DNA of 64,000 nucleotides, taken from NCBI GenBank assembly GCA_038204165.1, contig JBBRDG010000001.1, forward strand, positions 11,191-75,190, given 5' to 3'. Shown here in pieces: positions 29,225-38,239 of the stretch (positions are counted from its first letter, which is position 1; the number at the start of each line of letters is the position of its first letter). A model generated the notes under the pieces. The model was not told the origin of the DNA, ran no database searches, and was given only the letters and a program-made list of their open reading frames with translations. The position numbers were made by a program, and so were the translations under genes. The DNA comes from Elusimicrobiales bacterium (lineage in GTDB: Bacteria > Elusimicrobiota > Elusimicrobia > Elusimicrobiales > UBA9959).

Positions 29225-29944
29225 ATGACCATCGCAAAAGAACTTATAGCTCTTACGCGCGAACTTTCGCGCGAAGCCGGCGCGCTTAAATTCGGCGAGC
29301 CCGTAGCCTTCGTCTACAATCCCCTGGACTACGCCCGGCTCCCGCACGAGGACTACCTCAGGCGCTACGCGGCCTCCGAAAAACGGGCGGTCTTCCTGGG
29401 CATGAACCCCGGCCCGTTCGGAATGGCGCAGAACGGCGTGCCGTTCGGCGAGGTCGGCCTGGTGAGGGACTGGCTCAAGGTTTCGGGGGCGGTGGGCAGG
29501 CCGGCGCGCGAACATCCCAAGCGCCCGGTGGAAGGCTTCGCCTGCGCCCGCAGCGAGGTGAGCGGCGCCAGGCTCTGGGGCGCCATCGCCGGGCTTTACA
29601 AAACTCCAAAAAACTTCTTTTCGGAATTTTTCGTAGCCAATTATTGCCCGCTGGTCTTCATGGACGCCGGCGGTAGAAACGTAACGCCCGACAAACTCTC
29701 CAACGCCGAAAGGGAAAAAGTTTTCTCGCTCTGCGACGAATACCTGCGCCGGAGCATGCAGCTGCTGAAGCCCCGCTGGGTACTGGGTATAGGCAAGTTC
29801 GCCGAGAAGCGCGCGCAGGAAGCGCTGGCCGGCACCGGCATCCGGGTTACCACGGTATTGCACCCGAGCCCCGCCAGCCCCGCCGCCAACAAGGACTGGG
29901 CCGGGAAGTTCAGGGAAAAACTGGATTCTTTAGGATTTATCTGA
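29225..29944 (+). CDS. family-3 (SMUG1-type) uracil-DNA glycosylase
   Basis: 239 aa. GMNPGPFGMAQNGVPFGE (SMUG1 motif A) and HPSPASP (motif B). Confidence 0.8.
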   Translation: MTIAKELIALTRELSREAGALKFGEPVAFVYNPLDYARLPHEDYLRRYAASEKRAVFLGMNPGPFGMAQNGVPFGEVGLVRDWLKVSGAVGRPAREHPKRPVEGFACARSEVSGARLWGAIAGLYKTPKNFFSEFFVANYCPLVFMDAGGRNVTPDKLSNAEREKVFSLCDEYLRRSMQLLKPRWVLGIGKFAEKRAQEALAGTGIRVTTVLHPSPASPAANKDWAGKFREKLDSLGFI

Positions 29945-29954
29945 CCACAAATAC

Positions 29955-29982
29955 GAAGCCGGGGGAACGGTCCTCCGGCTTC
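29955..29982. terminator. hairpin between the convergent UDG and zinc-finger genes
   Basis: GAAGCCGG...CCGGCTTC. No clear U-run. Confidence 0.35.
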
Positions 29983-29985
29983 TAG

Positions 29986-30342
29986 TCACTTACGCCGCTT
30001 TTTCAGCTGCGGCTTTCTTTTTGCGTGGGCTCCATAAGCACCTTTGCTTTGGCCTTCCTTCCTATCAATAGTATAGCCCCTAAAATCCGGATTTTCAAGG
30101 CCCAGGGCCTCAGCTCCCTGGATCCTGTTGGGAGCGTCCGAGAGGCGCACCCTGGTATTCCCCTTGGCCGCTTTCTCCTTCCACTCGTTCAGGGTGGCAA
30201 GGAATTTGTTCGCGTGGTTCTTGGTAAGGTGCTCCTCGTTAAAGTGCTGCTCCTTAACGAGCTTGTTGCAGAAGCTGCAGTAGTACACGTCCTTGGTCCC
30301 TTCTATAAGGTCGCAATGGGCGTAGAATCTTTTGGTTTTCAT
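29986..30342 (-). CDS. small basic protein with a C2H2-spaced zinc-finger motif
   Basis: 118 aa from ATG 30342 (GGAG SD). YYCSFCNKLVKEQHFNEEHLTKNH has C-x2-C-x12-H-x4-H spacing. The C-terminus is Lys/Arg-rich. Confidence 0.6.
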   Translation of the reverse strand: MKTKRFYAHCDLIEGTKDVYYCSFCNKLVKEQHFNEEHLTKNHANKFLATLNEWKEKAAKGNTRVRLSDAPNRIQGAEALGLENPDFRGYTIDRKEGQSKGAYGAHAKRKPQLKKRRK

Positions 30343-30509
30343 CTTTATCTCCTGTTGCCGCCGGCAGAGACTCCGCCTTTTAAACGAGCGCCTCAAGTAT
30401 ACCGTAATACATTATATCACCCGCCACCCGGGGGTCGCGCGGATTTGCGGCCAGCAGACTCATTATTCAGTATTTTAAAAAGAAACCGCCGGCGCCGCAA
30501 ACTCCGCCC

Positions 30510-30528
30510 CCGGCCCGGCCCGGCCCGG
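30510..30528. repeat. short pentanucleotide run (CCGGC)x3 plus CCGG just upstream of the pyk -10 box
   Basis: Read directly as ccggc ccggc ccggc ccgg. Confidence 0.8.
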
Positions 30529-30531
30529 GTA

Positions 30532-30542
30532 TTTACTATAAT
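30532..30542 (+). promoter_or_regulatory. -10 element TATAAT for the uORF/pyk transcript
   Basis: tatttacTATAAT, then 6 nt, then ATG 30549. Confidence 0.4.
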
Positions 30543-30548
30543 AAAGGC

Positions 30549-30596
30549 ATGAAAATAGAGTTAAAATTGTCAGTCAGCACCCGGCGCGCCGTATGA
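30549..30596 (+). CDS. candidate leaderless 15-codon upstream ORF (MKIELKLSVSTRRAV) overlapping the pyk start
   Basis: ATG lies exactly 6 nt after TATAAT (30537-30542). The TGA stop (30594-30596) overlaps ATGATG at 30593-30598. Confidence 0.3.
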   Translation: MKIELKLSVSTRRAV

Positions 30597-32113
30597 TGGC
30601 CAACGCATTTTCCAAGAATCCCTGCACGATGCGCAGGACCAAGATCATCTGCACCATTGGCCCCGCGTCCGAGAGCGAAGACTGCGTCCGCGGCCTTATC
30701 AAAGAGGGCATGAACGTCGCCCGCATAAATTTCTCGCATTGCGCTTACGACGAGGCCCTTAACCGCGTCAGCATCCTGCGCAAGGTCCGCAAAGAGCTGG
30801 ACGTGCCGCTGGCCCTCATGCTGGACACCAAGGGGCCCGAAGTGCGCATGTTCGGTTATGACAAGCCGGTAATCCTTTCCAAGGGCGACACGCTCTACGT
30901 GGAGAGCACCGACAAGCAGCCCGACGAGATCCCCGCGCTCCCGCCCGAGAAGCGGCATTTCTACACCAACCTGCCGCGCATCGACAAGCTCTGCCGGGTA
31001 GGCACGCGCGTGCTGCTGCAGGACGGCTTCATAGAACTGGAGGTTTCCCAGCTGCACGGGGAGTGGCCCGGGGCCGTCAGCCTCAGGGTGCTGAACGAAG
31101 GCAAGCTTAAGGATAAGGCCCATCTGGCCATCCCGGGCGTGCATTACCCAATCCCGTTCCTCTCGGACAAGGACCGCAAGGATATAGCTTTCGCGGTGGA
31201 GAACGGCTTCGAATATATAGCCCTTTCTTTCGTGCGCACCGCCACGGACATTACCGACGTGCGCGCGATCATAGCGAGCGTAAAGGCGGATTCCCCCATA
31301 AGGCTTATCGCAAAAATTGAAGACAAGCAGGCCCTGGCCAACCTCGACGAGATCATCCGCGACTCCGACGGTATTATGGTAGCCCGCGGCGACCTTGGCA
31401 TAGAGCTGCCCATCGAGGAACTGCCCAACCTCCAAAAGAAAATCATCAACCGCTGCTACCTGGCCGGCAAACCGGTTATAGTGGCCACGCAGATGCTGGA
31501 GTCCATGACGGAGATGACTTACCCGACGCGCGCCGAGGTAACCGACATCGCCAACGCCGTGCTGGAGCAGACCTCTTCGGTGATGCTCTCCGGGGAAACC
31601 GCCAAAGGCGCGCACCCCATCCGCGTGGTCAACATGATGGGCCGCATCATAGACCGCACCGAGTCCAGCATTGATTACCACACCATGGCGCGCATCACGC
31701 ACGACTATGTTAACCGTGACGAGATCACCAACATCATGGCCTATAGCGTGGTCACCGCCGCGCACGACTGGAACGCCAAAGCCATCGCGGTCATTACCGA
31801 CAGCGGCATCGGCGCGCGGGCCCTCTCCAAGTTCCGCCCGGGCGTGCCGATCTATGCGTTCACCCACCACGAAACGCTCTACCACCAGATGGCGCTGAAC
31901 TGGGGCGTGGTGCCTTTCCTGATGGAGAACCCGGAGACCCTCCGCTTCAGCGAGGTGGCCGAGAAGATCATAGCCCTGCTTCTTAAGCGCGGCGCGATCG
32001 AGAACGGCGAGAAGATGGTTTTTATGGCTTCGAGCCCGTTCGGCAAGCGCCGCCCCACCAACACGATACGCTGCGAAGTGGTGGGCGACACCACCTTCCA
32101 CGAAGCAACCTGA
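30593..32113 (+). CDS. pyk: pyruvate kinase
   Basis: 506 aa. RRTKIICTIGPAS, NVARINFSH, MVARGDLG and a C-terminal allosteric domain. The start could also be ATG 30629 (MRRTKI...). Confidence 0.95.
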   Translation: MMANAFSKNPCTMRRTKIICTIGPASESEDCVRGLIKEGMNVARINFSHCAYDEALNRVSILRKVRKELDVPLALMLDTKGPEVRMFGYDKPVILSKGDTLYVESTDKQPDEIPALPPEKRHFYTNLPRIDKLCRVGTRVLLQDGFIELEVSQLHGEWPGAVSLRVLNEGKLKDKAHLAIPGVHYPIPFLSDKDRKDIAFAVENGFEYIALSFVRTATDITDVRAIIASVKADSPIRLIAKIEDKQALANLDEIIRDSDGIMVARGDLGIELPIEELPNLQKKIINRCYLAGKPVIVATQMLESMTEMTYPTRAEVTDIANAVLEQTSSVMLSGETAKGAHPIRVVNMMGRIIDRTESSIDYHTMARITHDYVNRDEITNIMAYSVVTAAHDWNAKAIAVITDSGIGARALSKFRPGVPIYAFTHHETLYHQMALNWGVVPFLMENPETLRFSEVAEKIIALLLKRGAIENGEKMVFMASSPFGKRRPTNTIRCEVVGDTTFHEAT

Positions 32114-32196
32114 CCGCGAAGACCCGGGCAAGTGGAAAGAAAACCGGAAAATTGTTAAAGTTAACACTATACAGGCTAGGGAAGGAATAAGGCCAG

Positions 32197-32562
32197 ATGT
32201 CTAAAAATATTTTAGTAGTGGAAGACGACGAGCAACTCTCCAAAGTGCTCTCCCGGCAGCTCGAAGCCAGCGGCTACAAACCCGTCAACGCTTACGACGG
32301 GGAGACGGCCCTCAAGCTTGCGCGTGAAAAGAAGCCAGACCTGATGATCCTGGATATAGGCCTGCCGGGCATGGACGGGAAAACGGTCTGCAAGATCATC
32401 AAGAACCACGCGGAAACGGCGGGAATTAAGATAATAATGCTGACCGGCGACAGACTGGTTGGTAACATGGAGGATTCCTTCTCCTACGGCGCCGAAACCT
32501 ACCTGAACAAACCCTACGATTTCTCCCTGCTGCTGGCCCATATAGAAAAGCTGATCGGCTGA
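32197..32562 (+). CDS. single-domain response regulator (receiver only)
   Basis: 121 aa. ILVVEDDE, DLMILDIGLPGMDG and YLNKPY. Confidence 0.9.
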   Translation: MSKNILVVEDDEQLSKVLSRQLEASGYKPVNAYDGETALKLAREKKPDLMILDIGLPGMDGKTVCKIIKNHAETAGIKIIMLTGDRLVGNMEDSFSYGAETYLNKPYDFSLLLAHIEKLIG

Positions 32563-32585
32563 GGCCGGGCGATTCCGGGCAAAAA

Positions 32586-32615
32586 GAACCGCCGGGCTTC
32601 CCCGGCGTTCTTTTT
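32586..32615. terminator. bidirectional intrinsic terminator (AACCGCCGGG family, one bulge)
   Basis: aaaaagAACCGCCGGGcttcCCCGGCGTTCttttt between convergent genes. Confidence 0.7.
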
Positions 32616-32636
32616 GTGTCCGAAAATAACGCCCGG

Positions 32637-33014
32637 TCAGCGCATTTTGCGGAGCTGTGAAAAAACGGCACCGGCAAAAACCGCGGGAACCAACAGGTCC
32701 AGAAAATGCCAGATTCCCATGGAGTACATCACCAGCTGATTGGTGGCCGCCACTCCGGCGTAGAGGTAAGCTCCCCAACTCCGCATTTTCCACAAGCCGG
32801 CAAGAGAAGCCGTAGACGCTATTACGGAAACTGCCAGGTAAGGCGCGTACCAGGCGCCCATCCCGCGGGCGAAATCCGAAAAGATAACGGGCACGCTCGC
32901 TATGGCGCCCAGCGCGCCCAGCGCGCAGGCAATGGTTATAAGTGCGGGCCGCCCGGGCACGCGCGCGGCGGCAGGGGCCTGATCCGGCGGGGGAGTGTAA
33001 TTTTCTTCGTTCAT
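32637..33014 (-). CDS. small integral membrane protein, unknown function
   Basis: 125 aa from ATG 33014 (ATGA overlap with the upstream stop). About 4 TM segments after a Pro-rich N-terminus. Confidence 0.55.
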   Translation of the reverse strand: MNEENYTPPPDQAPAAARVPGRPALITIACALGALGAIASVPVIFSDFARGMGAWYAPYLAVSVIASTASLAGLWKMRSWGAYLYAGVAATNQLVMYSMGIWHFLDLLVPAVFAGAVFSQLRKMR

Positions 33015-34201
33015 AAAAGTTTCACCTTTACCCATACTTTCTTTTTCGCCGGGTCTGTCCGTACGTCTATCCAGCCGGCCTTGAAGTCCGGCAGGCAATA
33101 GCCGGCGGCGAATTCCCCCAGGCTCAGCCGCTGCCCCGGGTACGGCGGAAAAAGCGCGCTTTCCAGCGCGGCCTGCGCGCCGTGAGGCATGCCGTCGGAG
33201 CCGAAAACCAGGTCCCGGCCAGGCATGAATCCGGCCCTGTCGATAAGCATCCTGAAAGGGTTGTTGACCCGCAGGAACCGCGCCGGCAGCCGGTCAGCGT
33301 AGTCCGTGGAGTCCTGGCTGAAGTTGGGCTGCATGCAGAGAGTTGCGCCGATTTTTTTGGCCCGCCTCGCCTGCTCCAGGGTGATCAGCTGAGCGTGCTC
33401 TATGCGCGCCTCGAACTTCTTTTTCCGCGAAACCCGCTCCAGCGCGGTTATAACCTGCTCCAGCGCGGCGTCGCCTATGGCGTGTATGGCCACTCTGCCG
33501 GTAAGCCCGGCCGTGGAAAGAATAAGCCGCCGCAGCTCCTCGTCCGAATGCAGGAGCATGCCTTTGCCGCCGCCCTTGTAATTCCCGGTAAGCGCGGCGG
33601 TTCTGGCGCCCAGCGCCCCGTCGGTAAAAAGCTTTATCCCCTGTACCGCGGCCCGGGCGGCGGCCCCGAGTTTCCCGTAGTATTCCGGTTCCGTCCAGAG
33701 CGTTACGCGGCCAGGATAGCGGCTGGCCAGCAGCCGCGCCGCGGCGTCGGAGGAAACCAGCATGTCCCCCGCGGCCCAGATCCCCTGGGCGGCCAGTTCC
33801 GCCATATACCCTGGAATAGCCCCGGCCCAACCCGAGACTGTGAAAAGTTCAAAAATTCTGTTCAGGTTGCGTTCCACCCAGGCCTGGTCGTCGATCCCGG
33901 CGACTATTTCCGGGTACCGCGCCGCTATCTTATCTCGGGCGGCCTTGTTTAGGCGGAAGCTGTGCAGAGAGACGTTGCAGACGACTACCGGCCCGAGCTT
34001 GTCCAGCTCCGCGCGCGGAAAATCATAACAGTTATTTTTCCATCCCCTGGCCGCCACCAGCGGCCCCTTTTGCTTTTTAAGCACGGCCAGGGCGCTCTCC
34101 AGCGTGGTGCAGGCCGACAGGTCAACCGCCCCGCGCAGCGCGGCGTAGAAGGAAATGTGCGTGTGGCGGTCGTTCAGAAGCGGAATGCGCGCTTTTATCA
34201 T
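33011..34201 (-). CDS. amidohydrolase-superfamily metal-dependent hydrolase (Amidohydro_3-like)
   Basis: 396 aa. N-terminal DRHTH (HxH), IHAIGD, EHAQ and FGSDG motifs. Confidence 0.7.
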   Translation of the reverse strand: MIKARIPLLNDRHTHISFYAALRGAVDLSACTTLESALAVLKKQKGPLVAARGWKNNCYDFPRAELDKLGPVVVCNVSLHSFRLNKAARDKIAARYPEIVAGIDDQAWVERNLNRIFELFTVSGWAGAIPGYMAELAAQGIWAAGDMLVSSDAAARLLASRYPGRVTLWTEPEYYGKLGAAARAAVQGIKLFTDGALGARTAALTGNYKGGGKGMLLHSDEELRRLILSTAGLTGRVAIHAIGDAALEQVITALERVSRKKKFEARIEHAQLITLEQARRAKKIGATLCMQPNFSQDSTDYADRLPARFLRVNNPFRMLIDRAGFMPGRDLVFGSDGMPHGAQAALESALFPPYPGQRLSLGEFAAGYCLPDFKAGWIDVRTDPAKKKVWVKVKLL

Positions 34202-34246
34202 ATACCTATGTCGGGGGAAACAAAAAGAACGGTTTCCGCCTTCTGG

Positions 34247-35458
34247 TTAATAGAGGAGATAAGGGCGGCGGGCGGCGTAGAACTCTCCGCACTGGGCCTT
34301 GAAGTCGGCGATAATCTTTTCAGGGGCGTCCTTGGACTCGAACACCGCCTTATAAACATTATTGCCCGGCGTGAGCCTAAGGGCGCCTTCGTCGAACCTG
34401 AACTCACGGTAATAGGCTTTCTCGCGCAGCGCGCAGACCGCCCGCACGAAAATATCCATCGGCCGAAGTAGCGCCCGGTCGGTTATCTGCATAGTCACGC
34501 CGTGGCAGAGTTTGCCGGAATAAATATCCCTGGAGGGAGTCTTGTCCTCCGCGTAAAAGACCACCCCTTCCAGCCCGGAAGCGTTAAGAGTGTCAGCCAG
34601 CCTTTCAGCGTTCAGCCAGGGCGCGCCGAACCACATGAAGGGCGCGTCGGTGCCGCGGCCCACAGCCATATTGGTGGACTCAAAACCGCCTATGCCCGGG
34701 TACATCGTGGCGGCATCGATAGTGCGGATATTGGGGGAAGGCGCTACCCAATTCAGGCCGGTGGCTTCGTAGTAATCGGGCCGGCTCCAGCCCCTGGCCT
34801 TCACCACGGTAAGGTCCACGTTGAGGCCGCGGACGGCTTTGTGCAGCAGCGCTATTTCTCCGGCCGTCATGCCGTGGCGGACCGGCACCGGGAAATAACC
34901 GGTAAAATCCTGGATATTCTTCGGCAGCACCGGGCCTTCCAGCACGTCGCCGCTTATCGGGTTGGGGCGGTCCAGTACCACGAAAGGGATTTTAAGCTTG
35001 GCGGCTTCCTCCATGCAGAGGGCCATGGTGGTAAGGTAAGTGTAGAAGCGGGCCCCTATGTCCTGGATGTCGAACACCAGCACGTCAATGCCGGCCAGCA
35101 TGGCGGGCGTGGGGCGGTGGACGTTCCCGTACAGGCTGTAGATAGGCAGACCGGTTACCGGGTCGGTGGAATTTGAGATGATCTCGCCATCGGCGGCGTT
35201 GCCGCGAAAGCCGTGCTCGGGGCTGAAGATAGCCACCAGCCTGGCCTTCTGTGAGGCGAACATAACATCCACGCCGCTCCTGCCGGCGCGGTCCACGCCT
35301 GTCTGGTTGGTGATTAAGCCGACGCGCATACCGGCGAACTGGTCGAAATCATACTGCTCCGCTACGTCAAGCCCGGTAAGAACATAGGCGCGGGCCTGCC
35401 CCGCGCACGCCAGCGCGGCTGCGAGACAGAAACATAAAGTATTAAAGAGGTTCCGCAT
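34247..35458 (-). CDS. DUF1343 protein (YbbC/NamZ-type exo-beta-N-acetylmuramidase family)
   Basis: 403 aa with signal peptide. GLITNQTGVD, FSPEHGF, VFDIQDIGARFYTY and VLDRPNP. Confidence 0.8.
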   Translation of the reverse strand: MRNLFNTLCFCLAAALACAGQARAYVLTGLDVAEQYDFDQFAGMRVGLITNQTGVDRAGRSGVDVMFASQKARLVAIFSPEHGFRGNAADGEIISNSTDPVTGLPIYSLYGNVHRPTPAMLAGIDVLVFDIQDIGARFYTYLTTMALCMEEAAKLKIPFVVLDRPNPISGDVLEGPVLPKNIQDFTGYFPVPVRHGMTAGEIALLHKAVRGLNVDLTVVKARGWSRPDYYEATGLNWVAPSPNIRTIDAATMYPGIGGFESTNMAVGRGTDAPFMWFGAPWLNAERLADTLNASGLEGVVFYAEDKTPSRDIYSGKLCHGVTMQITDRALLRPMDIFVRAVCALREKAYYREFRFDEGALRLTPGNNVYKAVFESKDAPEKIIADFKAQCGEFYAARRPYLLY

Positions 35459-35470
35459 AGTGCTGTAAAC

Positions 35471-35481
35471 ATTCTACTAAA
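35471..35481 (-). promoter_or_regulatory. -10 element (TTTTAGTAGAAT) of the DUF1343 operon
   Basis: Minus strand reads ttttagTAGAATgtttacagcactATG. Confidence 0.4.
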
Positions 35482-35588
35482 AAGGCCCCGGGACAATTTT
35501 CTCTTTATAATAGCTGCCGCAGCTTTCACGCGCCGAAATAATTGCCGCGTAGGCCCTTCTGCCCAGACCCGGCAAGGTCTTTGGCCGT

Positions 35589-35617
35589 TTGACATCCGTC
35601 AACCTGGGAGCTAAAAC
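35589..35617 (+). promoter_or_regulatory. sigma70-type promoter of the C11 peptidase gene
   Basis: TTGACA (35589-35594), 17 nt, TAAAAC (35612-35617). AGGAGG SD downstream. Confidence 0.5.
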
Positions 35618-35648
35618 ATACCAACGAGATCTGCTGAAAGGAGGCCAT

Positions 35649-36956
35649 ATGAAAACCGCGCTCAAAATAGCTGTCGCACTCTTCACCCTTCCCGGTGCCG
35701 GGCTTTTCGCCCAGGATTTCATCGGCCTGAATTTCCAGGAAACTCTCAATAACGCCCGGGAAGAACTCCGGACAAGCAGCTCTGCCGCTCCGGCAGTAAT
35801 TCCCGTCCCTGTAGACTTCACCTCCGACACCGCCGCCGCCGCGGCAGAAAAAGAATGGACCGTGATGGTCTTTATCAACGGCAAGAACAACCTGGAAGGC
35901 GACGGTCTCACCGATATCAACGAAATGGAGCGGGTCGGCTCCTCGGACGGCGTCAACGTAATAGTTGAGGTCGGCCAGCTTACCAGCGACAAGATGGCGC
36001 GCTATTACATAACCAAAGACACCCAGACCGCCGTGATCACCTCGCCTGTTCTGGGCACCGCGGCTTCCATCGACATGGGCGATCCCGCCTCCGTAAAGGA
36101 TTTCACGCTGTGGGCCGAAAAGCGCTTCCCCGCAAAGAAATACATGCTGATAGTCTGGGACCACGGCTCCGGCTGGCTCAAGGGCAATCCCGTGGCGGCG
36201 CGCTCCTACGCCAAGGGCATTTCCGACGACTGGATTACGAAGCATAACATCGACACCCCCCAGCTCGGCCGCCTGGTAAAGGATATAGAGGCAGGCGGCG
36301 GCAGGGTGGACCTGCTGGCTTTCGACGCATGCCTGATGCAGATGGTCGAGGTGGCCTACGAAATGAAGGACACCCGGGTTTCCCACATAGCGGCCTCGGA
36401 GGAAGTGGAGCCCGGCAGCGGCTACCCTTACGACAAATGGCTGGCCCCGCTCGTGCTCGATCCCTCCCTGACCGCCGGCCAGGTCGGAGTGACCGTGGCG
36501 AAAGAATACCTTAAGCAGAACCCTTACGGCTTCCAGGGCAAGGGCCTCACTTATTCCGTGCTGGAGGTGGCCAAGATTCCGGAGCTCGCCGCCAGCATGG
36601 ACGCCATGGCCAAGGCCGCCATAGCCGCCGGTGACAAAGCGCCGGTGCTGCGCGCCAGGGCGGAAGCCACCCGCTACAGCGAAGCCGACAACAAGGACCT
36701 GCGCCGCTTCTCGCAGCTGCTGATGCAGTACAGCAAAAGCCCGGAGGTTAAAGCCGCCGCGGCCGAAGTGGAAAGACTGTTCGCCGCCGGGGGGCCAGTA
36801 CTGTTCAGCGGCGTCAGCGCCCAGCGTACAACCCTTTCCTACGGCGTGGCCGTCTACGTGCCCGAGAACGTCGACAAGATCCGCGGCTATAACGAACTCA
36901 AGCTTTCGGCCGACACCTCCTGGGACGAGTTCGTAAACTGGCTGCTGGTCCCCTGA
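35649..36956 (+). CDS. secreted clostripain-family (C11) cysteine peptidase
   Basis: Start at ATG 35649 (AGGAGG SD, signal peptide MKTALKIAVALFTLPGAGLFAQ). WTVMVFINGKNNLE, IVWDHGSGW (His) and LLAFDACLM (Cys). Confidence 0.8.
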   Translation: MKTALKIAVALFTLPGAGLFAQDFIGLNFQETLNNAREELRTSSSAAPAVIPVPVDFTSDTAAAAAEKEWTVMVFINGKNNLEGDGLTDINEMERVGSSDGVNVIVEVGQLTSDKMARYYITKDTQTAVITSPVLGTAASIDMGDPASVKDFTLWAEKRFPAKKYMLIVWDHGSGWLKGNPVAARSYAKGISDDWITKHNIDTPQLGRLVKDIEAGGGRVDLLAFDACLMQMVEVAYEMKDTRVSHIAASEEVEPGSGYPYDKWLAPLVLDPSLTAGQVGVTVAKEYLKQNPYGFQGKGLTYSVLEVAKIPELAASMDAMAKAAIAAGDKAPVLRARAEATRYSEADNKDLRRFSQLLMQYSKSPEVKAAAAEVERLFAAGGPVLFSGVSAQRTTLSYGVAVYVPENVDKIRGYNELKLSADTSWDEFVNWLLVP

Positions 36957-37099
36957 CGCGTCAGTTGCGCCTGCGAACATCCCTAAAAAAATCCCCAGCC
37001 GGCCCCGCCAAATGCCTATGGACTACTGGGCCCTTTGGCACTTTAAAAAAACTCCTGCCCCTGTACAATATAAAAGCGGATAAGGTGCCGGATAAAAAA

Positions 37100-38068
37100 A
37101 TGCGAAAATTCATAGCCTTCATAGCTCTGCTCCTACTTTCTTCTTCCAGCCTCCGGGCGCAGTTGAACGTTTATTACGTAGACGTCGGCCAGGGCGACGC
37201 CACCTACATAGAGCTGCCCAACGGCCACAACGTCCTCATCGATGGCGGCCCCGCCGGCGGGCCCATAACCAAATTCCTTAAAGATAAAGGCGTTACCACT
37301 ATAGACCATGTAGTGCTCACCCACCCGCATAGCGACCACTTCGTAGGCCTTAAAAAAGTTTTCGCCATGTTCGATGTAAAAAACTTCTATGATTCCAAAG
37401 CCGAGAACGTGAACGCCAAAGGCGACAATAACCTGCGCGAGCTGGCCGACGCGGAACCCGGCTGCACCACCCATTTCCCTGAAGCCGGCAATAATCTGAA
37501 CTGGGATTCCCGCGTAACCGTAAAAGTTCTCAACACCTGCTCCGACCCGGTGCAGCTGAAATATAACGACGATGTTAATAACTGTTCCATAGTGCTGCGC
37601 CTTTACTACAACGGCCAGGGCCTGCTGTTCACCGGCGACGCGGAAGCCCCCATCGAGAACGCCATGATGCGCGTCTTCAAATCCGGTCTGGAATCCTATG
37701 CGCTTAAAGTCGGGCACCACGGCTCGCGCTACTCATCCACAGACAAGTTCCTCGCCAGGGTAAAGCCGAAGGTCGCCCTGATCTCCGCAGGCGTAAACAA
37801 CGTCTACGGCCATCCCCACAAAGAGGCGCTGGACCGCCTTATCGCAGCTGGCGCCACTATCTTCTTTACCACCGGCGGCACCCAGACCCTCACCATCCCC
37901 GCCCCCAGGAGAGGTATAGAGCCCATAATAGAAGGCCCTCGCCCCTACGATCCCTCCGCCCCGATACTGCCGGCCGTGGAAGCCGTCATCTACAAGCCCG
38001 CCGTGGAAGCCCCGATGCAGGTAAACAGCCCCGCAATGGAACAGCTTGTTGAAGCTGCCGCCCAGTAA
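37100..38068 (+). CDS. secreted MBL-fold hydrolase of the ComEC C-terminal-domain type
   Basis: Start at ATG 37100 (signal peptide MRKFIAFIALLLLSSSSLRAQ). YYVDVGQGDATYIELPNGHNVLIDGG, LTHPHSDH and KVGHHGS. Confidence 0.8.
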   Translation: MRKFIAFIALLLLSSSSLRAQLNVYYVDVGQGDATYIELPNGHNVLIDGGPAGGPITKFLKDKGVTTIDHVVLTHPHSDHFVGLKKVFAMFDVKNFYDSKAENVNAKGDNNLRELADAEPGCTTHFPEAGNNLNWDSRVTVKVLNTCSDPVQLKYNDDVNNCSIVLRLYYNGQGLLFTGDAEAPIENAMMRVFKSGLESYALKVGHHGSRYSSTDKFLARVKPKVALISAGVNNVYGHPHKEALDRLIAAGATIFFTTGGTQTLTIPAPRRGIEPIIEGPRPYDPSAPILPAVEAVIYKPAVEAPMQVNSPAMEQLVEAAAQ

Positions 38069-38083
38069 AGGAAGCGGCATTAA

Positions 38084-38120
38084 AAGGCCGGCCAAGGTTC
38101 AACCTTGGCCGGCCTTTCAT
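38084..38120 (+). terminator. intrinsic terminator after the MBL hydrolase gene
   Basis: 16-bp palindrome AAGGCCGGCCAAGGTT c AACCTTGGCCGGCCTT followed by tcatttg. Confidence 0.6.
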
Positions 38121-38224
38121 TTGAATCAGATTATTTAAATCTATCCAAGCAGCGCCAGAATTTTCCGGGGCACTTCCGATCCGTCAGGTCAAAAGCTCCA
38201 GCCATGGCGCGACGTCCGTTTTTA

Positions 38225-38233
38225 TGGTATTAT
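38225..38233 (+). promoter_or_regulatory. extended -10 promoter (TGgTATTAT) of yerC-trpB, leaderless geometry
   Basis: 6 nt between the -10 and ATG 38240. Confidence 0.45.
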
Positions 38234-38239
38234 GTTTCT

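Noticed and set aside
30510-30528. (CCGGC)x3 run upstream of pyk as a slipped-strand phase-variation tract.
   Set aside because: Only about 3.8 units, which is too short for appreciable slippage and is expected by chance in GC-rich DNA. It is kept only as a feature.
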